Source: the human T2T-CHM13v2.0 reference genome, Homo sapiens. Taken from it: DNA of 64,000 nucleotides. Below the pieces are notes generated by a model, which was not told the DNA's origin, did no database searches, and saw only the letters and a program-made list of their open reading frames with translations. This document shows, one piece after another, positions 12,827 to 25,706 of this stretch. The first letter of the stretch is position 1; each line of letters opens with the position of its first letter. The translations under genes and the position numbers were made by a program. The stretch is taken from NCBI RefSeq assembly GCF_009914755.1, contig NC_060926.1. One strand, 5' to 3'.

Positions 12827-14766
12827 TGGACTTTCCATTTTTATTGCCAGCATTTCAAAAATTATAGATGTGTTCCTGTAGAAATCAATTGATAATTCTG
12901 AACACGTACCAACGTGCAATTTTCTTCATATTTTTAAAAGGCAAGAATAAACTCAAATCCATTCCAAGTAGATTAAGGAAAATGTACTCTGTTTTTTCAT
13001 CCATGTTGTATACAGCAGGGGTGAGGGGAGGAGGCTATTGTGCTTCATGTAAAGGAGTAGTAAAGATGAAAATGAACATTTTCATTGGTGCAGACTAAAA
13101 TTTACTCTCTTAACCACAGAAATTCAATATAAATTCAGAGTTTGTGAAAAATTGAAAATGGGTACTAGATTCCAGACAATATTTAATTTAAACTAAGTGT
13201 TAAAATAAAAGCAATAACACTGAGAATAAATTAATAAACTACAATTAATTATATTTACCATAAGTGGTTTGGGTTTGAAACACCTACTCTCTACACCGAT
13301 AAAATAAAACCTGCATCCTGCAGCAGCTAAAGTAAGTTAAATGAAGATGCTTTTAACAAGGTTATTACTTAAGCAATGACAGGTTTACAGATTTTAGCAC
13401 CACTGGGTTTTCACAGGAGCCACAGCAAGTGCTAAAATAACACACACCTTCAGGTTCATTAAATTCACCAGTGTGATGGAATAACTGATATTTTGCTATA
13501 TTACTGTAGTCCTTCAAAGAACCATCTATAAATAAGAGACACTAATAACAACTGTTTGTGCTGGTAAAACAATGAAATAATTCTTCTGAGTTTATCTGCA
13601 AGGGAAAAATTGTGTTTAAGCAAAACCATTCACATAGTTAGCTCTTGTCATTTGGATTTCTTTGGAGTCACATATTTATTTATTTACTTAAAATAGGTGC
13701 ATTCTGTAAAGGGTTTTGCCATGAGGCTGCACTCAGAAGGAAACTTGTAAAAAGGTGGTGTATATTAAAAGGAAATAAACTGAATCTCACCCCCAAATAT
13801 TTACTTTATTGTCTGATGTTTACTAGGATATTTATGGAGGCTGTTTTATTTAAAGAACTTATAAAATTCTAATAACTGACAGAAACAGCAGCATCTCTGA
13901 TAAATCCTTTACTGTAGTCTGCTGTGAGATGAGCCAAAAGCATAAATAGTGGGTTTCTAATAAATCAATGGAGTCTGGCCTTTGGAGACCTGGAAGACAT
14001 ATGGACAGTAATAGAGTATCTCAGGTTGTCTCATGAGTGATTCCATCTGGATGAAGTCTTGGTGTTATTCACAGCCTACTTCTCCCCTAAAACACCTTCA
14101 ATCTTATCCACAGCCTCCATCTCAAATGTCAGACCACCTGGGATATGCAGCTGTCAGGCTGAAAGGGGAGCTGCCTGGGACTGGCCCCAGCCTGCTCATC
14201 AAGGAGACGCTGTCACTAGCCAGCAGGCAATGCTAGGTGCACAGGGGTGACAGCACTACCAAAAGCCAGGACATGCGCCAGGCTCTGGATCTAAGATTTT
14301 AAGGAAAATATAAAGAACTTAGCTGGAACTATGAATATCTCCACAATAGACCTGCCTCTGATGTGATATTCTCCTTCAAGATATTTACATTTTTCTTGTC
14401 AATATTCATGCACACATCTACGTATTTTGATTATTAATAAGTAAAAAGTGTACAACATTCCTTACACAAGAATATTTCTATATACTTCATAGCATTCTCA
14501 TGTTTTTTGACATATGTTCTCTTACATTGGTGTTTATATTTTCTATTATTAAACAAATTTAGCTTGATCAGTACAAGTCCTCTGAGAGAAACATTTCTTT
14601 GTTATAACTGAGCTTGTTGGTTTCTTTTCTCTTCTCTTCTGCCTCCTGACCTCCTTCCAAGTGTGCTGATGTTTGTGGCGCACACTGAAGATAGCAGCAC
14701 CCTCTTATAAATAGATAGCAGCACCCTATTATAGAGAGTCATTTTAGTCTGACAGATGAATAATAA

Positions 14767-15119
<353 letters not shown>

Positions 15120-15228
15120 TCTCTTCTTCATTTTTGTAAACCCCCATTAAAAATTAACAGACACAAAATTTGGGATTGAATTATATTTCTGTAATTTTGA
15201 ATTATTTCCTAGAAATACAGAAGGTCTC

Positions 15229-15441
15229 GGCCGGACGGGGTGGCTCATGCCTGTAATCCCAGCACTTTGGGAGGCCAAGGCAGGCTGATCATGAGGTCAG
15301 GAGATTGAGACCATCATAGCTAACACGGTGAAACTCCATCTCTACTAAAAATACAAAAGTTAGCTGGGCATGGTGGCAGGCGCCTGTAGTCCCAGCTACT
15401 TGGGCAAGACTCCGCCTCAAAAAAAAAAAAAAAAGGAAAAA
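15229..15441 (+). mobile_element. AluY/Sc-type with about 90-bp deletion in the right arm
   Basis: GATCATGAGGTCAGGAGATTGAGACCATCATAGCTAACACGG; jumps from CCCAGCTACTTGGG to CAAGACTCCG; 18-bp TSD AGAAATACAGA(A/G)GGTCTC at 15211-15228 and 15442-15459. Confidence 0.95.
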
Positions 15442-15949
15442 AGAAATACAGAGGGTCTCTTAACCCCACTGAAAATAGTCCTGGTTAATCAGAGTGTGAT
15501 TGTAATTGGTTAATCACAATCACAAAGAATGGGTTCTCCAAGAGGGCAGATGCCATATCTACCTTAGTCTCATATATTTCTAGTTTTAGCAGTGGTTGTT
15601 GGCACTCTAAAATATTTCTCAAATGAATGAGTGAATTCGTATTTTTCCATCTTCCTATGTAGCAGAAGTTGTTTTCATGGATAATCAAAATTCACTGTGA
15701 GATTTTGTCTTAAATTTTTTCCCTAAATTTCTTGCCATGTACACTTGTTACCATGTTCATATTCCACCTTTAGTTTCTTGTCCAATGTAATGTTGTGCTT
15801 AGTTCACGCTTTTTGCTTCTCTTTTCTAAGATTTAAATTCCTAGGCCTGAAATCCACTATATCTGACTTTAAGATAGTGTCTGATAGGTAAATAAGTTAT
15901 TTGTTGGTTGGTTGTCTGTTTTTATGATAAATGAAGTATAATTTTTTTT

Positions 15950-16290
15950 CAGACAGGCAACATGGCATAGTAGTTAAAAGCATGGAGTTAGATGGAAACA
16001 GTTTCAGGAGCAGTCCTGCAAGGCATGGCCAGCATGGTACTGGGCAGCACTGCAGGGTGTACTCAGGTTCTTCCTCACAAGACCATGGGTTAGGGGGTAG
16101 AATTCATGGGGATAAGTGTATGAGTACATAGAGCCAGGCGTGTCACGTCAGGCAGTGCTACCATTGAATGCCTGTTCTTTGCTCAACAACTTGCTCTGCA
16201 AATTATAATCCCCACTTGACTCCGAGAAAACTAAGTCATGGAAGAGTTATGTAATTTGCTTGATATCACATCAAGACGGGGTTGAAGTCT
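15950..16290. mobile_element. MIR fragments (both orientations)
   Basis: CATGGCATAGTAGTTAAAAGCATGG (MIR head) and GAGAAAACTAAGTCATGGAAGAGTTATGTAATTTGC (reverse core). Confidence 0.55.
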
Positions 16291-16558
16291 TCCAGTGTCT
16301 TTATTTATTCTTGCCAGTTGCTCAGCAGCCAACCTTCAGGCCTCTTTTTTGTTTCATACCCCTTATACAATTGGTCAGGAAAGATGACCGGCTGCCTTTT
16401 CAAAACAGGTCCAGAATCTGACATCTTCATTCCACCTCCACTGCTACCATCCCAGTCTCAGTCTCTATCATCTCTTGCCTGGAATTTTCTATCGGCCTCT
16501 TATCAGTTCTTTCTATTTTGATCCTTACTCCATACACTCTCCTGTCAACATAGCAGCC

Positions 16559-16934
16559 TGTATTAGTCTATTCACACGCTGCTAATAAAGACATATCCAA
16601 GACTGAGTAATTTATACAGGAAAGAGGTTTAATTGACTCATGGTTCAGCATGGCTGGGGCGGCCTCAGGAAACTTACAATCATGGCAGAAGGGGAAGCAA
16701 ACGTGTCCTTTTTTACAGAGCAGCAGGAGAGAGAAGAATGAGTGTCCAGCAAAGAGGGAAGCCCCTTATGAAACCATCAGATCTCATGAGAACTAACTCA
16801 CTATCATGAGAACAGGAAGTGGGAAACTGCCTCATGATTCAATTACCTCCACCTGGTCCCTCCCAGGACATGTGGGGATTATGGGAACTACAATTCAAGA
16901 TGAGATTTAGGTGGGATACAGCCAAACCATATCA
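16559..16934 (-). mobile_element. THE1C-type solo LTR
   Basis: TGTATTAGTC...CCAAACCATATCA termini with perfect 5-bp TSD CAGCC. Confidence 0.92.
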
Positions 16935-17061
16935 CAGCCCAAGCAATCTTTTGAAAGTATATGACCTATCATGCTTTCTTCTGCTGAAAATCCCAGACTG
17001 AAACTTCATTTCACTGAAACTAAGAACCAAAGTTCTTGCAATGCCTAACAATTTCTTATAC

Positions 17062-17370
17062 CAAATGTCAGCATATTGTCTCCCAATCATGATTTAATAG
17101 CCCATGAGCTAAGGATGACATTGCATTTTTAAATGGTTGAAAAAGAATTTTGCAAATGTATGATATGTGAAAATTATATGAAATTTAACTTTCAGTGTCC
17201 ATAAATAAAGTTAATTGGAACATAGCCACTCACATTCATTTGTGCATTATTACCTGTGGCTACTTTCACACTACGTAGGCAATTGAATAGTTACTACAAA
17301 CATCTTGTGTGTTGCAAAGCCTAAAACAGTTACTATTGGACTCTTCTCAGAAAAGTGTATTGAACTGTAA
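17062..17370. mobile_element. MER58B hAT-Charlie MITE
   Basis: GCCCATGAGCTAAGG...TTTTTAAATGGTTGAAAAA...TTCAGTGTCCATAAATAAAGTT...GCAAAGCCTAAAA. Confidence 0.8.
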
Positions 17371-17728
17371 CCTAAAATATCTGGTTCCTGTGACGTCTGT
17401 GACCTCATCTATTGCTCCCTTCCTCTCACTCTGCTGCAGCTGCCTTGGCTTTGTTGCTCCTGTTTTGGGGCCTTTGCACTAACTCTTCTCCCTAGATTGC
17501 CCTTTTCCTAGATCTCCACATTGCTAATTCTCTTTACTTCTTTCAGATGTCACCTGCTGAATGGGGTGACCTACACTGAGTATGTCATACTGTAATACAC
17601 ACCCTACACTTTATAGTCTCATTCCCTCGTAACTTGCTCTTCTTTTTCTCCTTTATTCATAGCACAACCTTCTAACAGATTATACAATTTGCTGACTTTT
17701 AATGTTAAATAAAATTTTCTTTTTTTGC

Positions 17729-18226
17729 TGTAAAGCAAATTCCCTGTGTTCTGGCTACCACTTCATCCCATGCTTCATGGGCTGCAATTTATGCTACTTG
17801 CATGAGTCTGGTGAGACAGAACAATCACATGACAAGTTAAGCAAAGCAACTTTATCACTCATCAATAGGCAGCAAGGGACTGTGGAAACCTAGGATTCAT
17901 GGCGGGCCGGTTTCCAGGGCTCAGGAAAGCTGCCTCATTTAATGGAATCTCATCTGTATATGCCCTACATCACACCACAGCTGAGGTACCCCAAAAGCAG
18001 TCCACCCTGGGCTTTCGACCTAGGGGGTCAAATGACATGTGGCTAAAGCATGGAAGGATATCCTGTTCTAGGAGGGACAGGAATAGAGCCCCAGATGTTC
18101 TGGTCAGTTTTGCCTTATCTCAGGATGCAGCATTCTCAGCACATTCTATAGTTTTCCTTGAGAAAGACAAGTGAGAAATGGGGGAGAACTGGTTTGGTCC
18201 AAGGCCACTCAGATGACTGTCCTGTA
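17729..18226 (-). mobile_element. ERVL solo LTR (LTR47/LTR53-like)
   Basis: Reverse strand reads GTGGCCTTGGACCAAACCAGTTCTCCCCC...AGAATGTGCTGAGAATGCTGCATCCTGAGATAAG...; flanked by TTTGC/CTTGC near-TSD. Confidence 0.75.
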
Positions 18227-18327
18227 CTTGCTAGAATATAAATCCCATGAGGTCAGAGATTTTTGTCTGTTTTGTGCCCCAAAAACAATTGCATTCAATA
18301 CATATTACTTCACTGTTGAATGTGATA

Positions 18328-18548
18328 CAGGTTGGACATCCCAAATCTGAAATTCTGAAACTTTTTGAGTGCTAACATGACACTCAATGGAAATGCTCAG
18401 TGGAGGGTTTTGGATTTTGGATTTTCAGATTTGGGACACTCAACTGGTAACTATAATGTAAATATTTCAAAATTTGCAAAAAAAATATGATATATGAAAT
18501 CCTAAATACTTCCATCTCAAGCATTTTGGATAAGGGATACTCAGCATG
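18328..18548. mobile_element. Tigger4a (MER46A) MITE
   Basis: TA-CAGGTTGGACATCCC...GGATAAGGGATACTCAGCATG-TA inverted termini with TA TSD. Confidence 0.85.
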
Positions 18549-18758
18549 TATTATATTGCTTCTAACGAAATAAGGTATTTTAATATTTGACCTTTGGTAC
18601 CTCACTAGAGCTGCTATTTTGATTTATTATTTGTCCTCAAGGTCGTTAAACACAAAGAAAAATGTACTTCGTTATGTAGTTACTGAGTAATTTAGTTATG
18701 GTATTATTAAACACCATTCTCACTGTCCCAAGAATAAACTCATCTACCCATTGCCTTA

Positions 18759-19160
<402 letters not shown>

Positions 19161-19689
19161 TATTTTTGAGTTGTATATACTGTTACTTAACTGTTTTTAT
19201 GTGAGAAATAAGTGTGTCTGAAATGTTTAAATAATGAAAGTATTTCTTTATAGGAATATTATTAAAAATTATGTATATATATTTTTGAATAGTATTGTAG
19301 GTACCCATATTTAAACTTGTTTTGAAAAACTCTGATGAATAATGGCAAAATAATGTATGACTAATTTTTTTATTATACTTTAAGTTCTGGGATACATGTG
19401 CAGAATGTGCAAGTTTGTTACATAGGTATACACGAGCCATGGTGATTTGCTGCACCCATCAAACCATCATCTACATTAGGTATTTCTCCTCATGCTGTCC
19501 CTCCCCTAGCTTTCCACCCACTGACAGGCCTCGGTGTGTGATATTCCCCTCCTTGTGTCAATGTGTTCTCATTGTTCAACTCCCACTTATGAATGAGAAC
19601 ATGCGGTGTTTGATTTTCTGTTCCTGTTTTAGTTTGCTGAGAATGATGGTTTCCAGCTTCATTCATGTCCCTGCAAAGGACATGAACTC

Positions 19690-21896
19690 ATCCATTTTTA
19701 TGGCTGCATATTATTCTATGGTGTATATGTGCTACATTTTCTTTATCCAGTCTATCATTGATGGGCATGTGACTTGGTGCCATGTCTTTACTATTGTGAA
19801 TAGTGCTGCAATAAACATACATGAGCATGTGTCTTTATAGTAGAATGATTTATAATCCTTTGAGTATATACCCAGTAATGCGATTGCTGGGTCAAATGGT
19901 ATTTCTGGTTCTAGATCCTTGAGGAATTGCCACACTGTCTTCCACAATGGTTGAACTAATTTACACTCCCACCAACAGTGTAAAATCATTCCTATTTGTC
20001 CACATCCTCTCCAGGATCTGTTTCCTGACTGTTTAATGATCGCCATTCTAACTGGCATGAGATGGTATCTCACAGTGGTTTTGATTTGCATTTCTCTAAT
20101 GACCAGTGATGATGAGCTTTTTTTCATGTGTTTCTTGGCCACATAAATGTCTTCTTTTCAGAAGTGTCTGTTCATCTTCTTCGCCCACTTTCTGACGTGG
20201 TTGTTTGTTTTTTTTTTCTTGTAAATTTGTTTAAGTTCCATGTAGATTCTCAATATTAGCCCTTTGTCAGATGGATAGATGGAAAAAAATTTCTCCCATT
20301 CTGTAGGTTGCCTGTTCACTCTGATGATAGTTTCTTTTCCTGTGAAGAAGCTCTTTAGTTTAATTAGATACTATTTGTCAATTTTGGCTTTTGTTGCCAT
20401 TGCTTTTGCTGTTATAGTCATGAAGTCTTTGCCCATGCCTATGTCTTGAATGGTATTGCCTAGGTTTTCTTCCAGGGTTTTTATGGTTTTAGGACTTATG
20501 TGTAAGTCTTTAATCCATCTTGAGTTAATTTTTGTATTAAGATGTAAGGAAGGGGTCCAGTATCAGTTTTCTGCATGTGGCTACCCAGTTTTCCCAACAC
20601 CATTTATTAAATAGGGAATCCTTTCCCCATTGCTTGTTTTTGTCAGGTTTGCCAAAGATCAGGTGGTTGTAGATGTGTGACATTACTTCTGAGGCCTCTG
20701 TTCTGTTCCATAGATCTATATATCTGTTTTGGTACCAGTACCATACTGTTTTGGTTACCGTAGCCTTGTAGTATAGTTTGAAGTCAGGTAGCGTGATGCC
20801 TCCAGCTTTGTTCTTTTTCCTTAGGATTGTCTTGGCTATATGGGCTCTTTTTTTAATGTAGTAGTCTAATTCTGTGAAGAAACCCACTGGTAGCTTGATG
20901 TGGATAGCATTGAATCTATAAATTATATTGAGCAGGATGGCCATTTTCATGATATTGATTATTTCTATCCATGAGCATAGAATGTTTTTGCATTCATTTG
21001 TGTCCTCTCTTATTTCCTTGAGCAGTGATTTGTAGTTCTCCTTGAAGAAGTCCTTCACATCCCTTGTGAGTTGTATTCCTATGTATTTTATTCTTTTTGT
21101 AGCAATTGTGAATGGAAGTTCACTCATGATTTGGCTCTCTGTTTGTCCATTATTGGTGTGTAGGAATGCTTGTGATTTTTGCACATTGATTTTGTATCCT
21201 GAGACTTTGCTGAAGTTGCTTATCAGCTTAAGGAGATTTGGGGCTGAGATGATGGGGGTTTCTAAATATACAATCATGTAATCTGCAAACAGAGACAATT
21301 TGACTTCCTCTCTTACTATTTGAATACCATTTATTTCTTTCTCTTGCCTGATTGCCCCAGCCACAACTCCCAATACCATGTGGAATAGAAGTGGTGAGAG
21401 AGGGCATCCTTTTCTTGTGCTGGGTTTCAAAGGGAAATGCTCCCAGCTTTTGCCCATTCAGTGTGATATTGGCTGTGGGTTTGTCATAAATAGCTCTTAT
21501 TATTTTGAGCTCATCAATATCTAGTTTGTTGAGAGTTTTTACCATGAAGTGGTGCTGAATTTTATTGACGGCCTTTTCTGCATCTATTGAGATAATCATG
21601 TGGTTTTTGTCATTGGTTCTGTTTATGTGATGAATTACATTTATTGATTTGCAGATGTTGAACCAGCCTTGCATCCCAGGGATGAAGCCAACTCGATTGT
21701 GGTGGATAAGCTTTTTGATATGCTGCTGGATTCAGTTTCCTAGTATTTCATTGAGGATTTTCGCATTGATGTTCATCAGGAATATAGGCCTGAAATTTTC
21801 TTTTTGTTGTTGTTGTTGTTGTGTCTCTGCCAGGTTTTGGTATCAGGATGATGCTGGCCTCATAAAATGAGTTATGTGTGAATTTGATCCTGTTAT
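19690..21896 (-). pseudogene. Disrupted L1 ORF2 (RT and C-terminal part)
   Basis: [11 protein letters not shown] and [12 protein letters not shown] (catalytic FADD changed to FADY), [14 protein letters not shown]; multiple frameshifts; start codon ATG changed to ATA. Confidence 0.9.
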
Positions 21897-21959
21897 TATG
21901 ATGCTAGCTGGATATTTTGCCCGATAGTTGATGCAGTTTCTTCATAGTGTCGACGGTCT

Positions 21960-23000
21960 TTACAATTTGGTGTGTTTTTGCAGTGGCTGGAACCGGTTTT
22001 TTCTTTTCATATTTAATGCTTCCTTCAGGAGCTCTTGTAAGGCAGGCATGGTGGTGACAAAATCTCTCAGCATTTGCTTGCCTGTAAAGCATTTTATTTA
22101 TCCTTCACTTATGAAATTTAGTTTGGCTGGATATGAAATTCCAGGTTGAAAATTCTTTTCTTTAAGGATGTAGAACATTGGCCCCCACTTTCTTCTGGTT
22201 TGTAGGGTTTCTGCAGAGAGATCCGCTGTGAGTCTGATGGGCTTCCTTTTGTGGGTAACCTGACCTTTCTCTGGCTGCCCTTAACATTTTGTCCTTCATT
22301 TCAGCCTTGGTGAAGCTGACGATTATATATCTTGGGGTTGCTCTTCTCAAGGAGTATCTTTGTGGTGTTCTCTGTATTTCTTGAATTTGAATGTTGGCCT
22401 GTTATGCTAGGTTGGGGAAGTTCTCCTGGATAACATCCTGAAGAGTGTTTTCCAACTTGCTTCCATTCTCCCATTAACTTTCAAGTACACCAATCAAAGG
22501 TAGGTTTGGTGTTTTCCCATAGTCCCGTATTTCTTGGAGGTTTTGTTCATTCCTTTTCATTCTTTCTTCTCTAATCTTGTCTTCACACTTAATTTCATTA
22601 AGTTGATCTTCAATCTCTGATATCCTTTCTCCCACTTGATCAATTCGGCTATTGATACTTGTGTATGCTTCACGAAGTTCTTGTGCTGTGTTTTTCAGCT
22701 CCATCAGGTCATTTATATTCTTCTCTAAACTAGTTATTCAAGTTAGCAATTCGTCTAACCTTTTTCAAGGTTCTTAGCTTCCTTGCACTGTGTTGGAACA
22801 TGCTCCTTTAGCTCAGAGGAGCTTGTTATTTATTACCCACCTTCTGAAGCCTACTTCTGTCAACTCGTCAAACTCATTCTCCATCCAGTTTTGTTCCCTT
22901 GCTGGCTAGGAGTTGTGATGCTTTGGAAGAGAAGAGGCGTTCTCGTTTTTGGAATTTTCAGGCTTTTTGCGCTGGTTTGTCCTCATCTTCGTGGATTTGT
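21960..23000 (-). pseudogene. Disrupted L1 ORF1
   Basis: MELKNTAQELREAYTSINSRIDQ... and RRATPRYIIVSFTK fragments in different frames; boundaries approximate. Confidence 0.85.
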
Positions 23001-24969
23001 CTACCTTTGGTCTTTGATGTTGGTGACCTTCGGACGGGGTTTTTGTGTGGAGGTCCTTTTGATGTTGATGCTATTCCTTTCTGTTTGTTAGTTTTGCTTC
23101 AAACAGGCCCCTCTGCTGCAGGTCTCCTGGAGTTTGCTGCAGGTCCCCTCCAGACTCTGTTTGCCTGAGTATCACCAGTGGAGGCTGCAGAACAGCAAAG
23201 ATTGCTGCCTGTTCCTTCCTCTGGAAGGTTCGTCCCAGAGGGGCACCCACCAGATGCCAGCCGGAGCTCTCTTGTATGAGGTGTCTGTCGACCTCTGCTG
23301 GGAAGTGTCTCCCAGTCAGGAGGCACGGGGGCCAGGGACCACTTGAGGAGGTAGTCTGTCCCTTAGCAGAACGCGAGCAGTGTGCTGGGAGTTCTGCTGC
23401 TCTCTTCAGAGCTGGCAGGCAGGAATGTTTAAGTCTGCTGAAGCTGCACCACAACTGCCCCTTCCTCCAGGTGCTCTGCTCCAGGGAGATGAGAATTTTA
23501 TCTATAAGCCCCTGACTGGGGCTGCTGCCTTTCTTTCAGAGATGCCCTGCCAAGAGAGGAGGGATCTAGAGAGGCAGTCTGGCTCCAGCGGCTTTGCGGA
23601 GTTGTGGTGGGCTCTGCCCAGTTCGAACTTCCTGGCAGCTTTGTTTCCACTGTGACGGGAAAACTCCCTACTCAACCCCAGTAATGGTGGACCCCCTTTC
23701 CCCCACCAAGCTCAAGCATCCCAGGTTGACTTCAGACTGCTGTGCTGGCAGCAAGAATTTGAAGGCAGTGGATCTTACTTTGCTGGACTCCGTAGGGGTG
23801 GTATCTGCTGAGCTGGACTACTTGGTTCCCTGGCTTTAGCCCCCTTCCCAGGGGAGTGTCTCGCTTGTGTTTCAGGCATCACTGGGGTATGAAAAATACA
23901 CTCCTGCAGCTAGCTCAGTGTCTGCCCAAAGGCTGCCCAGTTTTGTGCTTGAAACCTAGGGCCCTGGTGGTGTAGGCACCCATGGGAATCTCCTGGTCTG
24001 TGGGTTGTGAAGACCTTGGGAAAAGCATAGTACCTGGGCCAGAGTGCACCATTCCTCAAGGCACAGTCACTCACGGCTTCCCTTGGGTAGGGGAGGGAGT
24101 TCCGTGACCCCTTGCGCTTCCCAGGTGAGGCGATGCCACACACTGCTTCTGCCTGCCCTTCGTGGGCTGCACCCACTGTCTAACCAGTCCCATTGAGATG
24201 AGCCAGGTATCTCAGTTGGAAATGCAGAAATCACCCACCTTCTGCGCTGATCTCACTGGGAGCTGCAGACTAGAGTTGTTCCTATTTGACCATTTGGCCA
24301 GCCATCCCACAATAAGAGGATTTATGATTAATATTAAATGAAACTTTAAAAAGCCCTTTGGTAAAAGAAAGATTTCCCAAAATAACATTGTGTTTATTGC
24401 CTCTACAAATAAATATTTTAAATTTAATTTTGGCCTGATTGACTTTAAAAACGATGCAATAAAAAAGAAGTGAATTTAAGTAAAAATCTTAGCTTTTTTC
24501 TATAAATTTAATTCGTTTGACTAATTTTTATTGGATGCTGCCAAATGTAATCCAATATGAGCAGAGAAGTTACATGTACCTATAGCAAAAATGAGTAACT
24601 GCTAATGAAAACATGTTTTATTTAATAACTTGAACAATTTTTTGAGCAAGGAATCTTTGGACAGAATATACAAATTATACTCCTGTAATTATTTTCTAAA
24701 ATGTTAAAAGCAGAAAAGTATAATTATGGCATTCTACCAAGTGAAAAATTTCTTTAACCTCATGTCTGCCCATATGTAATACAATGAGATTTGATATTCA
24801 AAATGATAACTCTGAAGAATTTCAAAACCTTAAAAGACCATATGAATCAACTTGTTAAACTTCATTTTCATCATGTTGGTAAATTTCATTTTATTCTCTT
24901 CAGTTGAAAATTCGCCATCTACTTTGAAATAAATATAAATGCTTTAGGCAAAATCTCTATTAATATGAG

Positions 24970-25706
24970 TGTATTAGACCCTTCTCACATGGCTATAAAT
25001 AAATACCTTAGACTGGGTAATTTATTAAAAAAAAAGAGAGAGAGAGAAATTTAATTGGATCATGGTTCTGCAGGCTGTACAGGAAACATGGCTGGGGAGG
25101 CCTCAGGAAACTAACAATCCTGACAGAAGATGAAGGGGAAGCAGGCATGTCTTACTTAGATGACCAGAGCAGGAGGAAGAGAGAGAAGGGGGAGGTGCTA
25201 CATACTTCTTTTGTTTTTTTTTTGAGATGGAGTCTCACTCTGTCACCCAGGCTGGAGTGCAGTAGCGTAATCTCAGCTCACTGAAACTTCTGCCTCCCGG
25301 GTTCAAGTGATTCTTCTGCCTCAACCTCCCATGTTGCTTGGATTACAGGTGTCCACCACCACACCAGGCTAATTTTTGTATTTTTAGTAGAGATGGGGTT
25401 TCACCATGTTGGCCAGGTTGGTCTTGAACTCCTGACCTCAAGTGATCTGCCTGCCTCGGCCTCCCAAAGTGCTGGGATAACAGGTGTGAGCCACCGCACC
25501 CAGCCCTGCTACACACTTTTAAATAGCCAGATCTCACAATAATTCACTCACTCACTATCACGAGAACAGCACCAAAGGGATGGTGATAACCATGGGGGAA
25601 CTCCGCCCCCATGATCCAATCACCTCCCATCAGGCTGCACCTTCCAACATTGGGGATTATATTTCAACATGACATTTGGGTGGGGACAGTGGTCCAAACC
25701 ATATCA
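24970..25706 (-). mobile_element. MSTA solo LTR interrupted by an Alu
   Basis: TGTATTAG...CCAAACCATATCA termini with perfect TSD ATGAG. Confidence 0.9.
25208..25505 (-). mobile_element. AluSx/Sz nested in MSTA
   Basis: Full dimer; TSD TGCTACA(T/C)ACTT. Confidence 0.95.

Larger units (their letters stand above)
16330..18325 (+). mobile_element. L2 3' region broken by three nested insertions
   Basis: L2 motifs resume after each insert (CCAGAATCTGAC..CTGCTACCATCC; GGGCCTTTGCACT; CTAGAATATAAATCCCATGAGGTCAGAGATTTTTGTCTGTTTTGT). Confidence 0.7.
19365..24308 (-). mobile_element. L1PA7/8-like LINE-1 with complete 5'UTR and about 1.5-kb internal ORF2 deletion; dead
   Basis: L1PA 3'UTR at 19365; ORF2 fragments in the ORF track (20537-21457, 19732-20142, 21228-21674); ORF1 fragments (22162-22704); 5' end GGGATGGCTGGCCAAATGGTCAAATAGGAAC. 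Confidence 0.95.

Noticed and set aside
20537-21457. 306-aa ORF, the longest in the window
   Set aside because: Fragment of dead L1 ORF2 with a mutated catalytic motif (FADY); not a host gene
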